From an uncultured delta proteobacterium (lineage in GTDB: Bacteria; Desulfobacterota; Binatia; Binatales; Binataceae): a stretch of DNA of 64,000 nt. Positions within the stretch are counted from its first letter, which is position 1. The number at the start of each line of letters is the position of its first letter. A model generated the notes under the pieces. The model did not search any database, was not told the DNA's origin, and worked only from the letters and a program-made list of their open reading frames with translations. Of this stretch, positions 20,310 to 30,441 are shown piece by piece. A program made the translations under genes and the position numbers. Where the stretch lies: assembly GCA_963724765.1 (NCBI GenBank), contig CAVRVY010000003.1, positions 768,001 to 832,000 of the forward strand, written 5' to 3'.

Positions 20310-21032
20310 ATGGCGGAAAGTTTCCTGCTCGAGAAAGACGGCCGGGTCGCGACACTGATATTCAACCGGCCCGAGAAGCGCAATCCGCTCAACGAAGAGG
20401 TTGTGCTGGAGTTCGAAGGGCTGCTGCACAAGGTGCGCGACGACTGCGACATCCGCGTGCTGGTCGTCACCGGCAGCGGCAACACTTTCTCGGCCGGCGC
20501 TGACCTTTCGACGCTCAAGGAAGTGACGGATCCCGAGGAGCGCCAACGTCTGTTTGCGCCACTGTCCAAGCGGCGCTCGCGCCTTATCGGGCGCGCGCTC
20601 GGCGTGCTCGCCAACCTCGAGGTGCTGACTATCGCCGCGATCAACGGCTACGCGATCGGCGGCGGATGGGGTATCGCGCTCGGCTGCGACATCCGAATCG
20701 CAGTCGCTGGCGCGCAGTTCTGGTTCCCCGAAGTCGATCTCGGCGTGCCGCTAAGTCCCGAGGCGACCTCGCTGCTTGCGGCGCAGAGCGGCCCCGCGAT
20801 CACCAAGGAGGTCATCATCACCTGCCGCCGCTATATCGCCGAGGAACTGTTGCCTATGGGGCTGGTGAACCGGGTGGTGAAGAAGGAGGAGCTTTACCCG
20901 ACGGTGCGCGAGATGGCGCGCGCGATTGCGGCGAAGAATCCGGTCGCCGTGATGGGCGCCAAGGCGACGGTCAACGCGGTGAGCAGCGGCGGCCGCGCGC
21001 TCAGGCTGGATCTGTTGCTCGACCGCGGCTGA
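20310..21032 (+). CDS. Enoyl-CoA hydratase/isomerase family protein
   Basis: NRPEKRN, FSAGADL, AINGYAIGGG, PEVDLG. Confidence 0.92.
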   Translation: MAESFLLEKDGRVATLIFNRPEKRNPLNEEVVLEFEGLLHKVRDDCDIRVLVVTGSGNTFSAGADLSTLKEVTDPEERQRLFAPLSKRRSRLIGRALGVLANLEVLTIAAINGYAIGGGWGIALGCDIRIAVAGAQFWFPEVDLGVPLSPEATSLLAAQSGPAITKEVIITCRRYIAEELLPMGLVNRVVKKEELYPTVREMARAIAAKNPVAVMGAKATVNAVSSGGRALRLDLLLDRG

Positions 21033-21039
21033 TCGCGCT

Positions 21040-22275
21040 TCAGTACAGCGGCCGGTTGCCGATGATCTTGTCCGCTTCCAGCCGCGCGATCTCGGCGTTG
21101 CTCAGTCCGAGGATTTTCGACAGGACGTAGTGATTGTCCGCGCCGAGCATCGGGCCGACCTTTCTAATCGGCGGATGCTCACCGTCGATTTGCGCCGGAA
21201 AAGAGGGGTACGGATGGCGCCCAGCGATGGGATGGTCCACGTACTGAAAAAAATCAGCCGCCTTAAGGCCGGGATCCTCGAGCAGGTCCGATGGCGCGAG
21301 CACCGGCGCCGCGGGGATGCCGCGCGATTGCAGGTCGCGCGCGAGTTCGTGGCGGTCCAAGCGCGCGGTCCACTGGGCGACGAGTTCGTTAAGCGCGACG
21401 CGGTTTTGCCGGCGCGATAGCGGCGTGGCGAAGCGCGCGTCCGAGGCCCATCGCGGATTGTCCATCGCCGCGAGCAGCGCGCGCCACTGCGGCTCGGTCG
21501 CGACGCTTAGCGCCACCCACGCATCGTCGCCGCGCGCGGGAAACGCGCCGTGCGGCGCGATCGCCGAATCGTCGCAGGTCGCGCGCGCGCGCGGGCGTCC
21601 GGTGAACTCGAACTCGACCAGCGCATCCGCGATGTACTGCATGCTGGCCTCGAGCTGCGCGACGTCGAGATGCTGGCCCTCGCCCGTGGCACGCGCATGA
21701 TGCACGGCGGCGAGCGTGCAGAACGCCGCGAGGTAGCCGGCGAACGGATCTGAAACGCCCACGCCATGAATTAGCGCGCCCTCGCCCGTGTATCCGCTGA
21801 GCCCCGAGATTCCCGAGAGCGCCTCGCCGATGGCGGCGAACGAAACGTAGTCGCGCCACGGTCCCTCCTGGCCGAAGCCTGACACGGAGGTCATCACGAT
21901 CGCCGGATTGACCTCGCGCAGGGTCTCGTAGGAAAGCCCGAGCTGCGGCATCACGCGCGGCGAGTAGTTTTGCACCACCGCGTCGCTGCGCTTTACCAGT
22001 TCCTTGAACAGCCGCACGCCCTCGGGCCGCGCGAGATCGAGCGTCAGGTCCAGCTTGTTGCGGTTGGTCGCGTTGAAGGGCGGCGACAGCTCATAGACTT
22101 CCGCCGGATCACCCGAGACCGCGACGATACGAAATTGATCGGGCCGCTGGATCGATTCGACCTTGATCACCTCTGCGCCGAGGTCGGCCATGATCGCGGT
22201 CGGCAGCGGCCCCGCCCAATAGGCGGTGAAGTCGACGATGCGGATTCCCTCGAGCGGCAGCGACTCGGCGTTCAT
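21040..22275 (-). CDS. CoA-transferase family III
   Basis: LEGIRIVDFTAYWAGP, NRNK, SDPFAG. Confidence 0.9.
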   Translation of the reverse strand: MNAESLPLEGIRIVDFTAYWAGPLPTAIMADLGAEVIKVESIQRPDQFRIVAVSGDPAEVYELSPPFNATNRNKLDLTLDLARPEGVRLFKELVKRSDAVVQNYSPRVMPQLGLSYETLREVNPAIVMTSVSGFGQEGPWRDYVSFAAIGEALSGISGLSGYTGEGALIHGVGVSDPFAGYLAAFCTLAAVHHARATGEGQHLDVAQLEASMQYIADALVEFEFTGRPRARATCDDSAIAPHGAFPARGDDAWVALSVATEPQWRALLAAMDNPRWASDARFATPLSRRQNRVALNELVAQWTARLDRHELARDLQSRGIPAAPVLAPSDLLEDPGLKAADFFQYVDHPIAGRHPYPSFPAQIDGEHPPIRKVGPMLGADNHYVLSKILGLSNAEIARLEADKIIGNRPLY

Positions 22276-23468
22276 ATCACACCTATTTCGGCGAGCGTCG
22301 CGAGTTCCGCGGCCGAAAATTTTAGCTCGCCGGTCAGAATCTCCACCGTATGCTCGCCGAGCAGCGGCGCGCGGCGGGGCGGCGGCCATTGGCCGCCGAA
22401 TTTGGCGGGCCCGCCGGGAAAACGGCGGCGCCCGGCTACCGGATGATCGATCTCCTCGAAAAAGCCGCGTGTCTTCACCTGCTCCATCGCGGCAATCTCG
22501 TCAATCCGGTTGACCTTGCCCATCGGGACGTGACTTTCCTGGCACCGCCTGAAAATCTCTTCGCGGCTGTGCGCGGCGGTCCAGCGGCTGATCTCGGCGC
22601 CGAACTCATCGATGCGCGACTCGCGATCCTTGCGGGTCTTGAAGCGCGGGTCGTCGACACCCGCCACTTCCATCAGCTTTTCGATCTGGGCGTCGGTGGC
22701 GGCGGCCGCGGTGACGTCGCCGTCGGCCGCTTTGAACGTGCGGTAGGCGGCCCAGGCGGGAAAACGATCGCCCGCGCGTTTGATCTCGATGCCGGTGTAG
22801 GAGAGGAAAGTCTCGTTGAAGCGCGTGGTGAAGAGCAGCGCCTCCTGCGCGGCGACGTCGATACGCCGGCCGCGGCCGCTCGCTCGCGCGCCGCGAACCG
22901 CCGCCAGCGCGGTGATCGCGCCGATCACGCCCGGCACGAACGCCGTCATCGTGCGGCTATTGCTCACCAGCGGCGTGCGCCGCGGCTCGCCAAGTTGCGC
23001 CATCCATCCGCCGAGCGCCGCGAGCTGAAGCTCGGTCGCGAGCCATTTCTCGTATGGGCCGCCGGCAGTGAAGTGGCGAAACGCGAGGCGTGTCAGCCGC
23101 GGATTGGCGCGGTCAATCGACGCGTCGTCTGATGTGTCGTCCCGCGCGCCGTCAGCGGAAAGGCCGCGATCATCGATCAGCACGTCGGCGCCTTCGAGTA
23201 ATCGCCCCAGGATCGCTGCGCCGTCGGGGCTCTTCGCGTCGAGCGTAAGGCTGCGCTTGCCGGAGGCGGTAAACATGAAGAGCCCGCCGCGCTCTACTCC
23301 CGCGCGATCGTCGAGGAACGGCGGCTCCCATCGCACCGCGCTGCCAGTTCGCGGCCGCTCGACCAGCACCACGTCGGCGCCGAGCCGCGCGAAGAGCCGG
23401 CCGCAGAAGGCGGCCGAACATCCATCGCTAAACTCGACGACACGGATATCTCGTAGCACGTCGGTCAT
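22272..23468 (-). CDS. CoA-transferase family III, probably a non-catalytic partner subunit
   Basis: LGADVVLVE, GKRSLTLD, APLLGEHT; no Asp at the catalytic position; overlaps the next gene. Confidence 0.85.
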   Translation of the reverse strand: MTDVLRDIRVVEFSDGCSAAFCGRLFARLGADVVLVERPRTGSAVRWEPPFLDDRAGVERGGLFMFTASGKRSLTLDAKSPDGAAILGRLLEGADVLIDDRGLSADGARDDTSDDASIDRANPRLTRLAFRHFTAGGPYEKWLATELQLAALGGWMAQLGEPRRTPLVSNSRTMTAFVPGVIGAITALAAVRGARASGRGRRIDVAAQEALLFTTRFNETFLSYTGIEIKRAGDRFPAWAAYRTFKAADGDVTAAAATDAQIEKLMEVAGVDDPRFKTRKDRESRIDEFGAEISRWTAAHSREEIFRRCQESHVPMGKVNRIDEIAAMEQVKTRGFFEEIDHPVAGRRRFPGGPAKFGGQWPPPRRAPLLGEHTVEILTGELKFSAAELATLAEIGVI

Positions 23469-24050
23469 CGTGTGGGCGTTCTCCCTGAGTGTGCGTCCGC
23501 GGTGCGAAGGCCCATCGCGCCCAGCGGGTTTAGCAGTTGCCGCAGCGTAGCACCATACTGAGCCGCGCCTCGTGGGGCTTGCCTTCGCGATAAAGCCGGT
23601 CCGCGGCAAGACGTGGCGTCACGAGCCATCTATCGCGCCACTTTTAATGATGAAGTTATACGTCACGGGCTGGTCTTGCGCGCGTTGGAATGCTAAAGCT
23701 TACGCCGCTAACTCATCGCATGGTTGATCGTCTTTAGACAGGGGCAGCTAATTCGATAAGTCGCGACGCAATCGGCAAAGGGAGCTTACTCCGAAATATA
23801 TCTGACGGCACTTGATCAACCTGCATATGTTCAAAAACCAGTCAACCGGTCTCAAGTCACCAGCCAGTTCGATTTGATCTCGATTACTGCGTCGTGCGAC
23901 TTCATGGATGTGATCTACTTGATGAACGTCATCAGCGGCCGAATAAGTGCATCAATGCAAACGTTGTTTGAGGTGGAGAACATGTATCGGAAGCGGATAG
24001 ATGCGATTGCCAACCGCACTTCGGGTATGCCTGTCGGCAGGGTATGGGCG

Positions 24051-27000
24051 ATGCGGGAATGCCGCTGGATCGTCGCGTTGCTTGCGATCGTCATCGGAGC
24101 AGGGCTGTTTTCGAGCCGCGCCGTTGCGCAGAGCACATGCCCTGCCGGCTTCGCGCAATTCACTTGTCCGGACACGCCCACCGACGTTTCCATCAAGGAG
24201 CCAACATGTCTCGAGGCCGACTGCGCGCTTCGTGAAATCAGCATCCAAGCGGGCGGCGAGCTCAGGGTGCCGGATGAAATGCAAAAGGCCGACGCCAAGA
24301 AAATAAGCATTTCGGCCACCAGAATAATCATCAGGGCTGGAGGCGTTTTTCAGGCCGGGCCCATGACGAACAACCGGCTTACGCTCACCTTCATCGGGCC
24401 GCGTCCCGATCCAGTCATAGTCGATCCCGACAAACCGGATGATCCGTGTCCCAGCCCGCACTTCGATAAAGGGATCGAGGTCTGCGGCGGTGGCACCCTC
24501 AACCTGCTTGGTACCAAGGGCGTGCCGGCCTTGGGTGGCACGAGCTGGACGTACTTGAGCGCGCCAGCCGGCGACCCGACGAAGTACGGTGCGACCAATA
24601 TGCAACAGGGGCAGGTGCCTGGGCCGACCAAGATTGCGGCGCCGGTGACGGAGCCGGATGCGCAAACCATCCAGGTTGCTACTAACGTCAGCGCGGACTG
24701 GCAGTCCGGAGACTGGATCGTTATCGGCACCACCAGCTTCAGCCCATTTGAGACGGAATTCGTCCAGATCAAAAACATCGTCGGGACGACGATTACCTTG
24801 AATCAGCCTTTGAAGTATTACCACTTCGGCAGTTTGCCGCCCGATACCGGCACCTCCACCACTTGTAAAAATAGTGCCGGGAAAGCGCTTCCGGCGGCCT
24901 TCTGCGACGGCGCTGACAAGAACTATGGCGTCGACGAGCGCGCCGAGGTCGGACTCATCAGCCGCAACATCTTGCTGACTTCCGACGCCGGACCCGTCGG
25001 GCGCATCCACTGGGGCGGTGAAATAAAAGTTAGGGCCGGGTTCACCCAGGTCCAGATCCAGGGAGTGCAGCTCGAAAAGTTCGGTAAGGCCAAGCGCGGA
25101 AGCTATCCGATCCACTTTCACTTGGATGGCGATCTTTCGCTAACTCCCGACACCGCGAAGCTGGTGGACGCCAACAGCATCGATCACAGCTATAACAAGT
25201 GCATAACGGTTCATTCGACTAAGCAACTGGCCTTCACCAACAATGTCTGCGCGCGAATTGTGGGACACATTTTCTACGAAGAAATAGGTGACGAAGTAAA
25301 CATCACGTTCAATAACAATCTCGGACTCGGCGCGATGAGCAACAACTTCGACATCGCCGAAACAAACAGTGCAAATCCGCGGAAGGATCTGATCAAAAAT
25401 TACTGGTGGACCGGTGATTACCTGGCCAACGGCAGTACTACGGATATCGATTACGACGGGTTCGCTATCCCGAACGAGGACGCCCACGACAACCCGGTGC
25501 ATGGCAGTTGCGCGAAGCTAATAGCGGATGGAAACATCGACGACGGACTGCCCGGCCCGGCGCCCGCGGAATGTCCGGCGGGCACGATTTATACCGAGCC
25601 GGCAGCCGGGTTCTGGATTGTCAACCCGTCAACGATTCTGACCAACAATTCGATCGGCGGATGCCAGGGAGTCGGAGTTGGGTACTGGTACGTTACCTCG
25701 CCGGCGACAACGGTTCAGTTTCTCCAGCTCGGCAACTTCCAGAATAATCGCGCGCACGCCTGCTTCGACGGGTTGTACGGCGAAAACCAATTCACTGTGC
25801 ATTCCGCTCAGAACTTGAATCCGCATGTCGGAGGAACGGCGGGCGGGCAGCCGGTGATCGCGACATTTAACGGACTGACGGCGACGCGCAATCGCGACCG
25901 CGGCGTGTGGGTCAGGCCCCTATGGAACGTCGTCACCAACAGCAGCTTTGCAACCAACCGCGACAGCGTCACCCTGCTGACCGCCGGCGGTGTCGACGGC
26001 ACTGCGCCGGGCGCGTGGGATTTGCTGGAAAACTCGGTGGTCGTCGGAATCAGCGCTAACAATGTCGATCGCTGGGGGCCCTGTCCTCTGCCCGACCAGG
26101 TCGGCCCTGGAACAGGCACCGGCGGCGCCAAGGGAACGAACCGTCCACACGGGTTTCAGGTGACGAACACTGGCTGCATCGATCGCACAACCGCCGCGCA
26201 TGACCAGATTGCGAAAGGCTACCCGTCGCCGACGTTCAATATGGCGGGATACATGATCTACGACGGACCGGTCCGCATCTTCAACGACCGCTTTGTGAAC
26301 TTCAAGGTCGACCCTACATCGTTGATGGACGCTACCGACGTGTCATGGCTGAATGAATTCAGCGCGGATAACAAATATGTGGGCGACAAAGCTTTCGTAT
26401 ACGAGGGTGACGCGGCGCTTGGATGGTTCCAGGCCAACCCGAACCCCTATCCGAATGCCACGATCAGTAACCAGTTGCTTTTCTACAACGTCGATCTGCG
26501 TCATCAAATCTATACCGAGGAGGTTCATGTCGGAACGACGTTCAAGGATAGTGACAAGAACACGGCGATCATGGACGAGGACGGGACGCTGACCGGTCTC
26601 GAGGTTGCCGACAGCACCGGCAAGCAGTGCGGCACAACCGGCGCGACCTGCGCGCAGGTTTTTCCCATGTCGCTCAACAACCTGGAGATAAACGCCTCCA
26701 GGCTGATGAGCGTCAATAATCAGAGTTCGGTGGACGAATGCCTGTCGCAAGGCGCGCAGGATACGCTGTTCGAGGACCGGCCGACCTCACTCCTCACGCC
26801 GGAGGCGATAGGTTCGCTGGAGTTCTCGGCATTGTATCCGGTCACACCTGTTCCCCCGGATGACTGTACCGGCAACTCTCCTAATCCTTTCTGCAACGAC
26901 CCGAGTGGCCTGCCGGGCACTCACAACCAGACTCTTAAGTTTACCAAGGACTCGACCGACTATCTCAATTCGGAAGGTGTCGGCACGCACGAATCGATGA

Positions 27001-28004
27001 GCCTGGACGGCCGCGGCGGCCAGGGCCTTTGGGAACCCAAGGTTACCAACGGATATGGGTACACGGTCGTCGCCAGTCAGGGTATTCCAAACGTAGTCGA
27101 TGTAGGTGTCACCGACGTGGTGAACGCGAACATCGTCGATGTGACGGACCCGACCATAACCAACCCATTCTATGTTCGGATGGGAATTTGTTACACGAGC
27201 AAGGACGGTTCAAAACACCCACAGAATGCAGCAGCTTTTAAAATAACCCGCGGATTCAAGGGTTATGGTGGTAGCGGTGTCCCCACTAACATCGACCCGA
27301 ATCTTAATCAATACTACAATAAGCTGGCCAATGAATATAACGGCGAATTCTGCAGCGACCTGGACGATCACAATCGGCAGAACCTCAAGCTCCCTAAGGG
27401 CTGTCCCGCGAATGGCGTGGCAGTGCCTATCCCATTAGGGAGCGGCTCTTGTGGAAAGCTCGCTACGACCACTATAAACGGGACTACATACTGCATATAT
27501 CCAAAGGGTTCCGCGCCCTTGAGTTCCGTAAATTCGGTGGCCGATTTGAATCCGGGCGGGGTTCCGGATCCCACGAAATACTACTATGACAAAACGACCG
27601 GGATGCTGTTCTTTTACGTAGTGCAGGACCTGCCGAACGCAATAGGCCCCTCGCCTCTCGGATCGTGCGGTCCGAATACGCCGAACCCGTCCGAATGTCC
27701 GCAAGCGCCGGAAAGCTATTACGCATGTCCGGCGCCCGGATGCGAAGTGGCGATCGTAAGACTCGACGATAGTACCTACCAACCGGGACCGTCGGATTGT
27801 AGAGGCCCCGGCGGCGAAGATATCTATACCTATAACGACGGCGTATACGCGCAGAATCCGCCGCCTGACCAGAACCAACTGGCTCTGTCCGCCAGCGGCA
27901 CTCCTGTGATCGTCAAGGGGGTGACGCAGGGCACGACGTTCCCCCATGCGGTGCCGTCACCGACTCCGAATTGCCCGGTGGCGACGCCCACGCCGTCGTC
28001 GTAG
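24051..28004 (+). CDS. Secreted G8-domain / parallel beta-helix protein resembling TMEM2/CEMIP
   Basis: Signal peptide ending AVAQ; DERAEVGLISRNI, YPIHFH, SIDHSYNKCITVH, GHIFYEE, FWIVNP, FQNNRAH, YDGP; start uncertain (23874-24051). Confidence 0.8.
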   Translation: MRECRWIVALLAIVIGAGLFSSRAVAQSTCPAGFAQFTCPDTPTDVSIKEPTCLEADCALREISIQAGGELRVPDEMQKADAKKISISATRIIIRAGGVFQAGPMTNNRLTLTFIGPRPDPVIVDPDKPDDPCPSPHFDKGIEVCGGGTLNLLGTKGVPALGGTSWTYLSAPAGDPTKYGATNMQQGQVPGPTKIAAPVTEPDAQTIQVATNVSADWQSGDWIVIGTTSFSPFETEFVQIKNIVGTTITLNQPLKYYHFGSLPPDTGTSTTCKNSAGKALPAAFCDGADKNYGVDERAEVGLISRNILLTSDAGPVGRIHWGGEIKVRAGFTQVQIQGVQLEKFGKAKRGSYPIHFHLDGDLSLTPDTAKLVDANSIDHSYNKCITVHSTKQLAFTNNVCARIVGHIFYEEIGDEVNITFNNNLGLGAMSNNFDIAETNSANPRKDLIKNYWWTGDYLANGSTTDIDYDGFAIPNEDAHDNPVHGSCAKLIADGNIDDGLPGPAPAECPAGTIYTEPAAGFWIVNPSTILTNNSIGGCQGVGVGYWYVTSPATTVQFLQLGNFQNNRAHACFDGLYGENQFTVHSAQNLNPHVGGTAGGQPVIATFNGLTATRNRDRGVWVRPLWNVVTNSSFATNRDSVTLLTAGGVDGTAPGAWDLLENSVVVGISANNVDRWGPCPLPDQVGPGTGTGGAKGTNRPHGFQVTNTGCIDRTTAAHDQIAKGYPSPTFNMAGYMIYDGPVRIFNDRFVNFKVDPTSLMDATDVSWLNEFSADNKYVGDKAFVYEGDAALGWFQANPNPYPNATISNQLLFYNVDLRHQIYTEEVHVGTTFKDSDKNTAIMDEDGTLTGLEVADSTGKQCGTTGATCAQVFPMSLNNLEINASRLMSVNNQSSVDECLSQGAQDTLFEDRPTSLLTPEAIGSLEFSALYPVTPVPPDDCTGNSPNPFCNDPSGLPGTHNQTLKFTKDSTDYLNSEGVGTHESMSLDGRGGQGLWEPKVTNGYGYTVVASQGIPNVVDVGVTDVVNANIVDVTDPTITNPFYVRMGICYTSKDGSKHPQNAAAFKITRGFKGYGGSGVPTNIDPNLNQYYNKLANEYNGEFCSDLDDHNRQNLKLPKGCPANGVAVPIPLGSGSCGKLATTTINGTTYCIYPKGSAPLSSVNSVADLNPGGVPDPTKYYYDKTTGMLFFYVVQDLPNAIGPSPLGSCGPNTPNPSECPQAPESYYACPAPGCEVAIVRLDDSTYQPGPSDCRGPGGEDIYTYNDGVYAQNPPPDQNQLALSASGTPVIVKGVTQGTTFPHAVPSPTPNCPVATPTPSS

Positions 28005-28027
28005 CCGCGATACATCGCGGGCCAGCC

Positions 28028-28073
28028 GCGGGGCGCAAGGACGGATAAGTCCGCCTTTGCGCCCCCGCTTTTT
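28028..28073 (+). terminator. Rho-independent terminator
   Basis: gcggggcgcaaggacgga-taag-tccgcctttgcgcccccgc followed by a T-run. Confidence 0.8.
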
Positions 28074-28174
28074 CTCACGTCCCTTGACAGCCGGCTCTGG
28101 GCGCCGCTACGGTCGGCCACGAGTTTGCTATCGGCTGAAGCGGCGCCAATGCGGCGCGGGAGCCCGACGGCGCC

Positions 28175-29365
28175 ATGGAACGGTCAGCCTTAAAGCCGCG
28201 TTACTTTCCCTGGTACGACTACTCCCGTTATACGTTTTCGCTGGGGCTCAGAGTCGGCGAGCGCACCCTGCTGTCCGGACATTCCGCCTCCGAGTACGAC
28301 ACGAGCGCGCGGGAGATGGTCGTTCGGGGCGGGATGCGCGAGCAGGCGCTCACCGCATGGGCGAAAATCGCCGCCATCCTCGAAGCGGGCAAGCGAAGCC
28401 TGTCCGACGTCGTTCGAGTCGCCGAGTACGTCACGCCGGACGGGATCGAGCGCTACGCCGAGGCCGCGGCGGTACGCGGCGAGTTGTTCGGCGGCAGCCG
28501 CCCGGCGCTCAACACCGTGGTGGTGAACCGCCTGCTGCGCCCGCAGGCGCTAATCGAAATCGAAGTCGAAGCGGAGCCGGCCGAAGCGCCGCCGCAGGCG
28601 GAGCCGGGATGGCCGCCTGCGTGGGCGCCGGCGCGCGTCGCCGACGGGTTCGTCTATCTCTCTTCGATGCTGCCGCTCGACGACACGGGCGCGGTGATAG
28701 CGCCAAGCGATCCGGTCGCACAGACGCGCGCGATCTTCGAGCGCGCGGCGCGCGTACTGCGTGCGCTCGGCCTGGGGATGGATCACGTGGTCAGGACCGT
28801 CGATTACCTGGTGCCGACGGCGCTGCCGGAATACAAGCACACGGGCGGCGTGCGCCGCGAGTTTCTCGGGCCGGTGTTTCCCGCCGCGACCGGAATCATA
28901 ATGAAGCGCGTGGCGCATCACGACGCGATGATCCAAGTTGATTTCGTCGCCTCGCGTCATCAACCGGCGGCGGTGAACCCAGGTTGGGCGCGCTATGCCC
29001 AATTGACCTACAGTCCGGCGGTGCGCGCCGGCGAGATGCTCTTTATCGCCGGACAGGCGGCGCTCGATCCGGAGACCGCCATGTCGATGCATCCGGGTGA
29101 CGTCGCCGCTCAGGCGGAGTACGTGTACGAAAACATCCTGCGCGTGGTCGCGGCCGCGGGCGGTGGGCCCGAGCATCTCGTGAAGACAGTTGAGTACATC
29201 CCGCCGGCCGCGCTAGAGCATTATCGCGAGGTGGCCGGCGTGCGCTCGCGAATCCTGCGCGCGCCCTTTCCGGTCTCCGTCGGATGCGTGTGCGAGAGAC
29301 TGCTGCGTCCGGAGTTTCTGATTGAAGTCGACTCGCTCGCGATAATTCCACAGACCCGAGCGTAA
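28175..29365 (+). CDS. Triple-domain RidA/YjgF family protein
   Basis: Three units of ~130 aa, each with SG/AGQ, Q...IL/VL...G, and IE(I/V)E/QVD motifs. Confidence 0.85.
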   Translation: MERSALKPRYFPWYDYSRYTFSLGLRVGERTLLSGHSASEYDTSAREMVVRGGMREQALTAWAKIAAILEAGKRSLSDVVRVAEYVTPDGIERYAEAAAVRGELFGGSRPALNTVVVNRLLRPQALIEIEVEAEPAEAPPQAEPGWPPAWAPARVADGFVYLSSMLPLDDTGAVIAPSDPVAQTRAIFERAARVLRALGLGMDHVVRTVDYLVPTALPEYKHTGGVRREFLGPVFPAATGIIMKRVAHHDAMIQVDFVASRHQPAAVNPGWARYAQLTYSPAVRAGEMLFIAGQAALDPETAMSMHPGDVAAQAEYVYENILRVVAAAGGGPEHLVKTVEYIPPAALEHYREVAGVRSRILRAPFPVSVGCVCERLLRPEFLIEVDSLAIIPQTRA

Positions 29366-29385
29366 GCCCAACGGAGTAACGATCC

Positions 29386-29889
29386 ATCGGCGCGCTGCTG
29401 ACAGAGGAGCTAAGGGGATGGATCGGCCGCGAGGTCAGCTACACCGCGCCCGAGGAAATCGGGCGCGCATCGATCCGCTACTTCGCCCTGGCGATCGGCG
29501 ACGACAATCCGCTCTATGCCGACGAGGCGTATGCGCGGGCCGCCGGCCATCCCTCCATAATCGCGCCGCCGACCTTCGTTTGTGAGACCTGCCAATACGC
29601 GCATCGGCCACCCGACCCCGACGGCTACATCGGCCATACCTGGGAGCTGCCGATCAAGAACTGCCGTATGATCCGCGGCGGCCACGACTACGAATTCTTT
29701 CGTCCTGTGCTGCCGGAGGATCGCATCAACGTCACCTGGCGGCTCGAAGACATCTCGGAGCGCCGGTCGTCGCGCGGCGAACCGATGCTGGTGGTGATCT
29801 CGGCCGCCACTTACAGAAACCAGCGTGGCGAAATGCTCGCGCGCAATCGCGAGACCCTCATCTTTCAGCCGCTGGAGACCTCGCGATGA
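29386..29889 (+). CDS. MaoC-like (FAS1-type) dehydratase subunit with no canonical start codon
   Basis: Frame open from 29380: IGALLTEELRGWIG...IRYFALAIGDDNPLY...IAPPTF...GGHDYEFFRPV; GGAG at 29373 precedes ATC at 29386. Confidence 0.8.
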   Translation: MGALLTEELRGWIGREVSYTAPEEIGRASIRYFALAIGDDNPLYADEAYARAAGHPSIIAPPTFVCETCQYAHRPPDPDGYIGHTWELPIKNCRMIRGGHDYEFFRPVLPEDRINVTWRLEDISERRSSRGEPMLVVISAATYRNQRGEMLARNRETLIFQPLETSR

Positions 29890-30350
29890 GCGCGCAAGGG
29901 CCGGCCGTGAGTGCGTTGGCCGTCGGTGCGTCTATCCCGCCGCTGGAGCGCACGCTGACCCAGGTACGGCTGGCCGCTTACGGCGGCGCCACCTGGGACT
30001 GGCATCGTCTCCACTATGAGCCAGAGTACGCCGCCGCGCGCGACATCGCGGGACCGATCGTGGACGGGCAGATGTTCGGCGCGCTTTTGGCCGAGACGCT
30101 AATCGATTGGCTCGGGCCGCGGGCGTTCATTCGGCGGATGAGCTTTCGCTTGCGCACGATGGTTTTTGCGGGAGAGACGGTGCGCTGCGAGGGTGAGGTG
30201 ATGTCGATCGTAGCAGAGCAGAATTGCGTAGCGGATCAGGATCGCGTAGCGGATCAGGATTACGACATGGTGCGGGTAACGCTGCGCGTGCGCGTGGGCG
30301 AGCGGATCGCGGTCGAGCCGGCGAGCGCCGAGATAGCCGTGCCGAGGTAA
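29886..30350 (+). CDS. MaoC family dehydratase
   Basis: YGGATWDWHRLHY, IVDGQMFG; ATGA overlap; 18-bp repeat at 30208-30261. Confidence 0.85.
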   Translation: MSAQGPAVSALAVGASIPPLERTLTQVRLAAYGGATWDWHRLHYEPEYAAARDIAGPIVDGQMFGALLAETLIDWLGPRAFIRRMSFRLRTMVFAGETVRCEGEVMSIVAEQNCVADQDRVADQDYDMVRVTLRVRVGERIAVEPASAEIAVPR

Positions 30351-30441
30351 GCGAAGATTGCCCGGCTGGAGGACGCCGTGCGCGGACTATTCAAGGTTGC
30401 GCGTCGAGGTTGCGCGGCAATGCGCCGCAGTGGACATCAGC

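Noticed and set aside
23480-24050. Riboswitch upstream of the G8 protein
   Set aside because: AT-richer promoter-like DNA, but no recognisable aptamer or terminator
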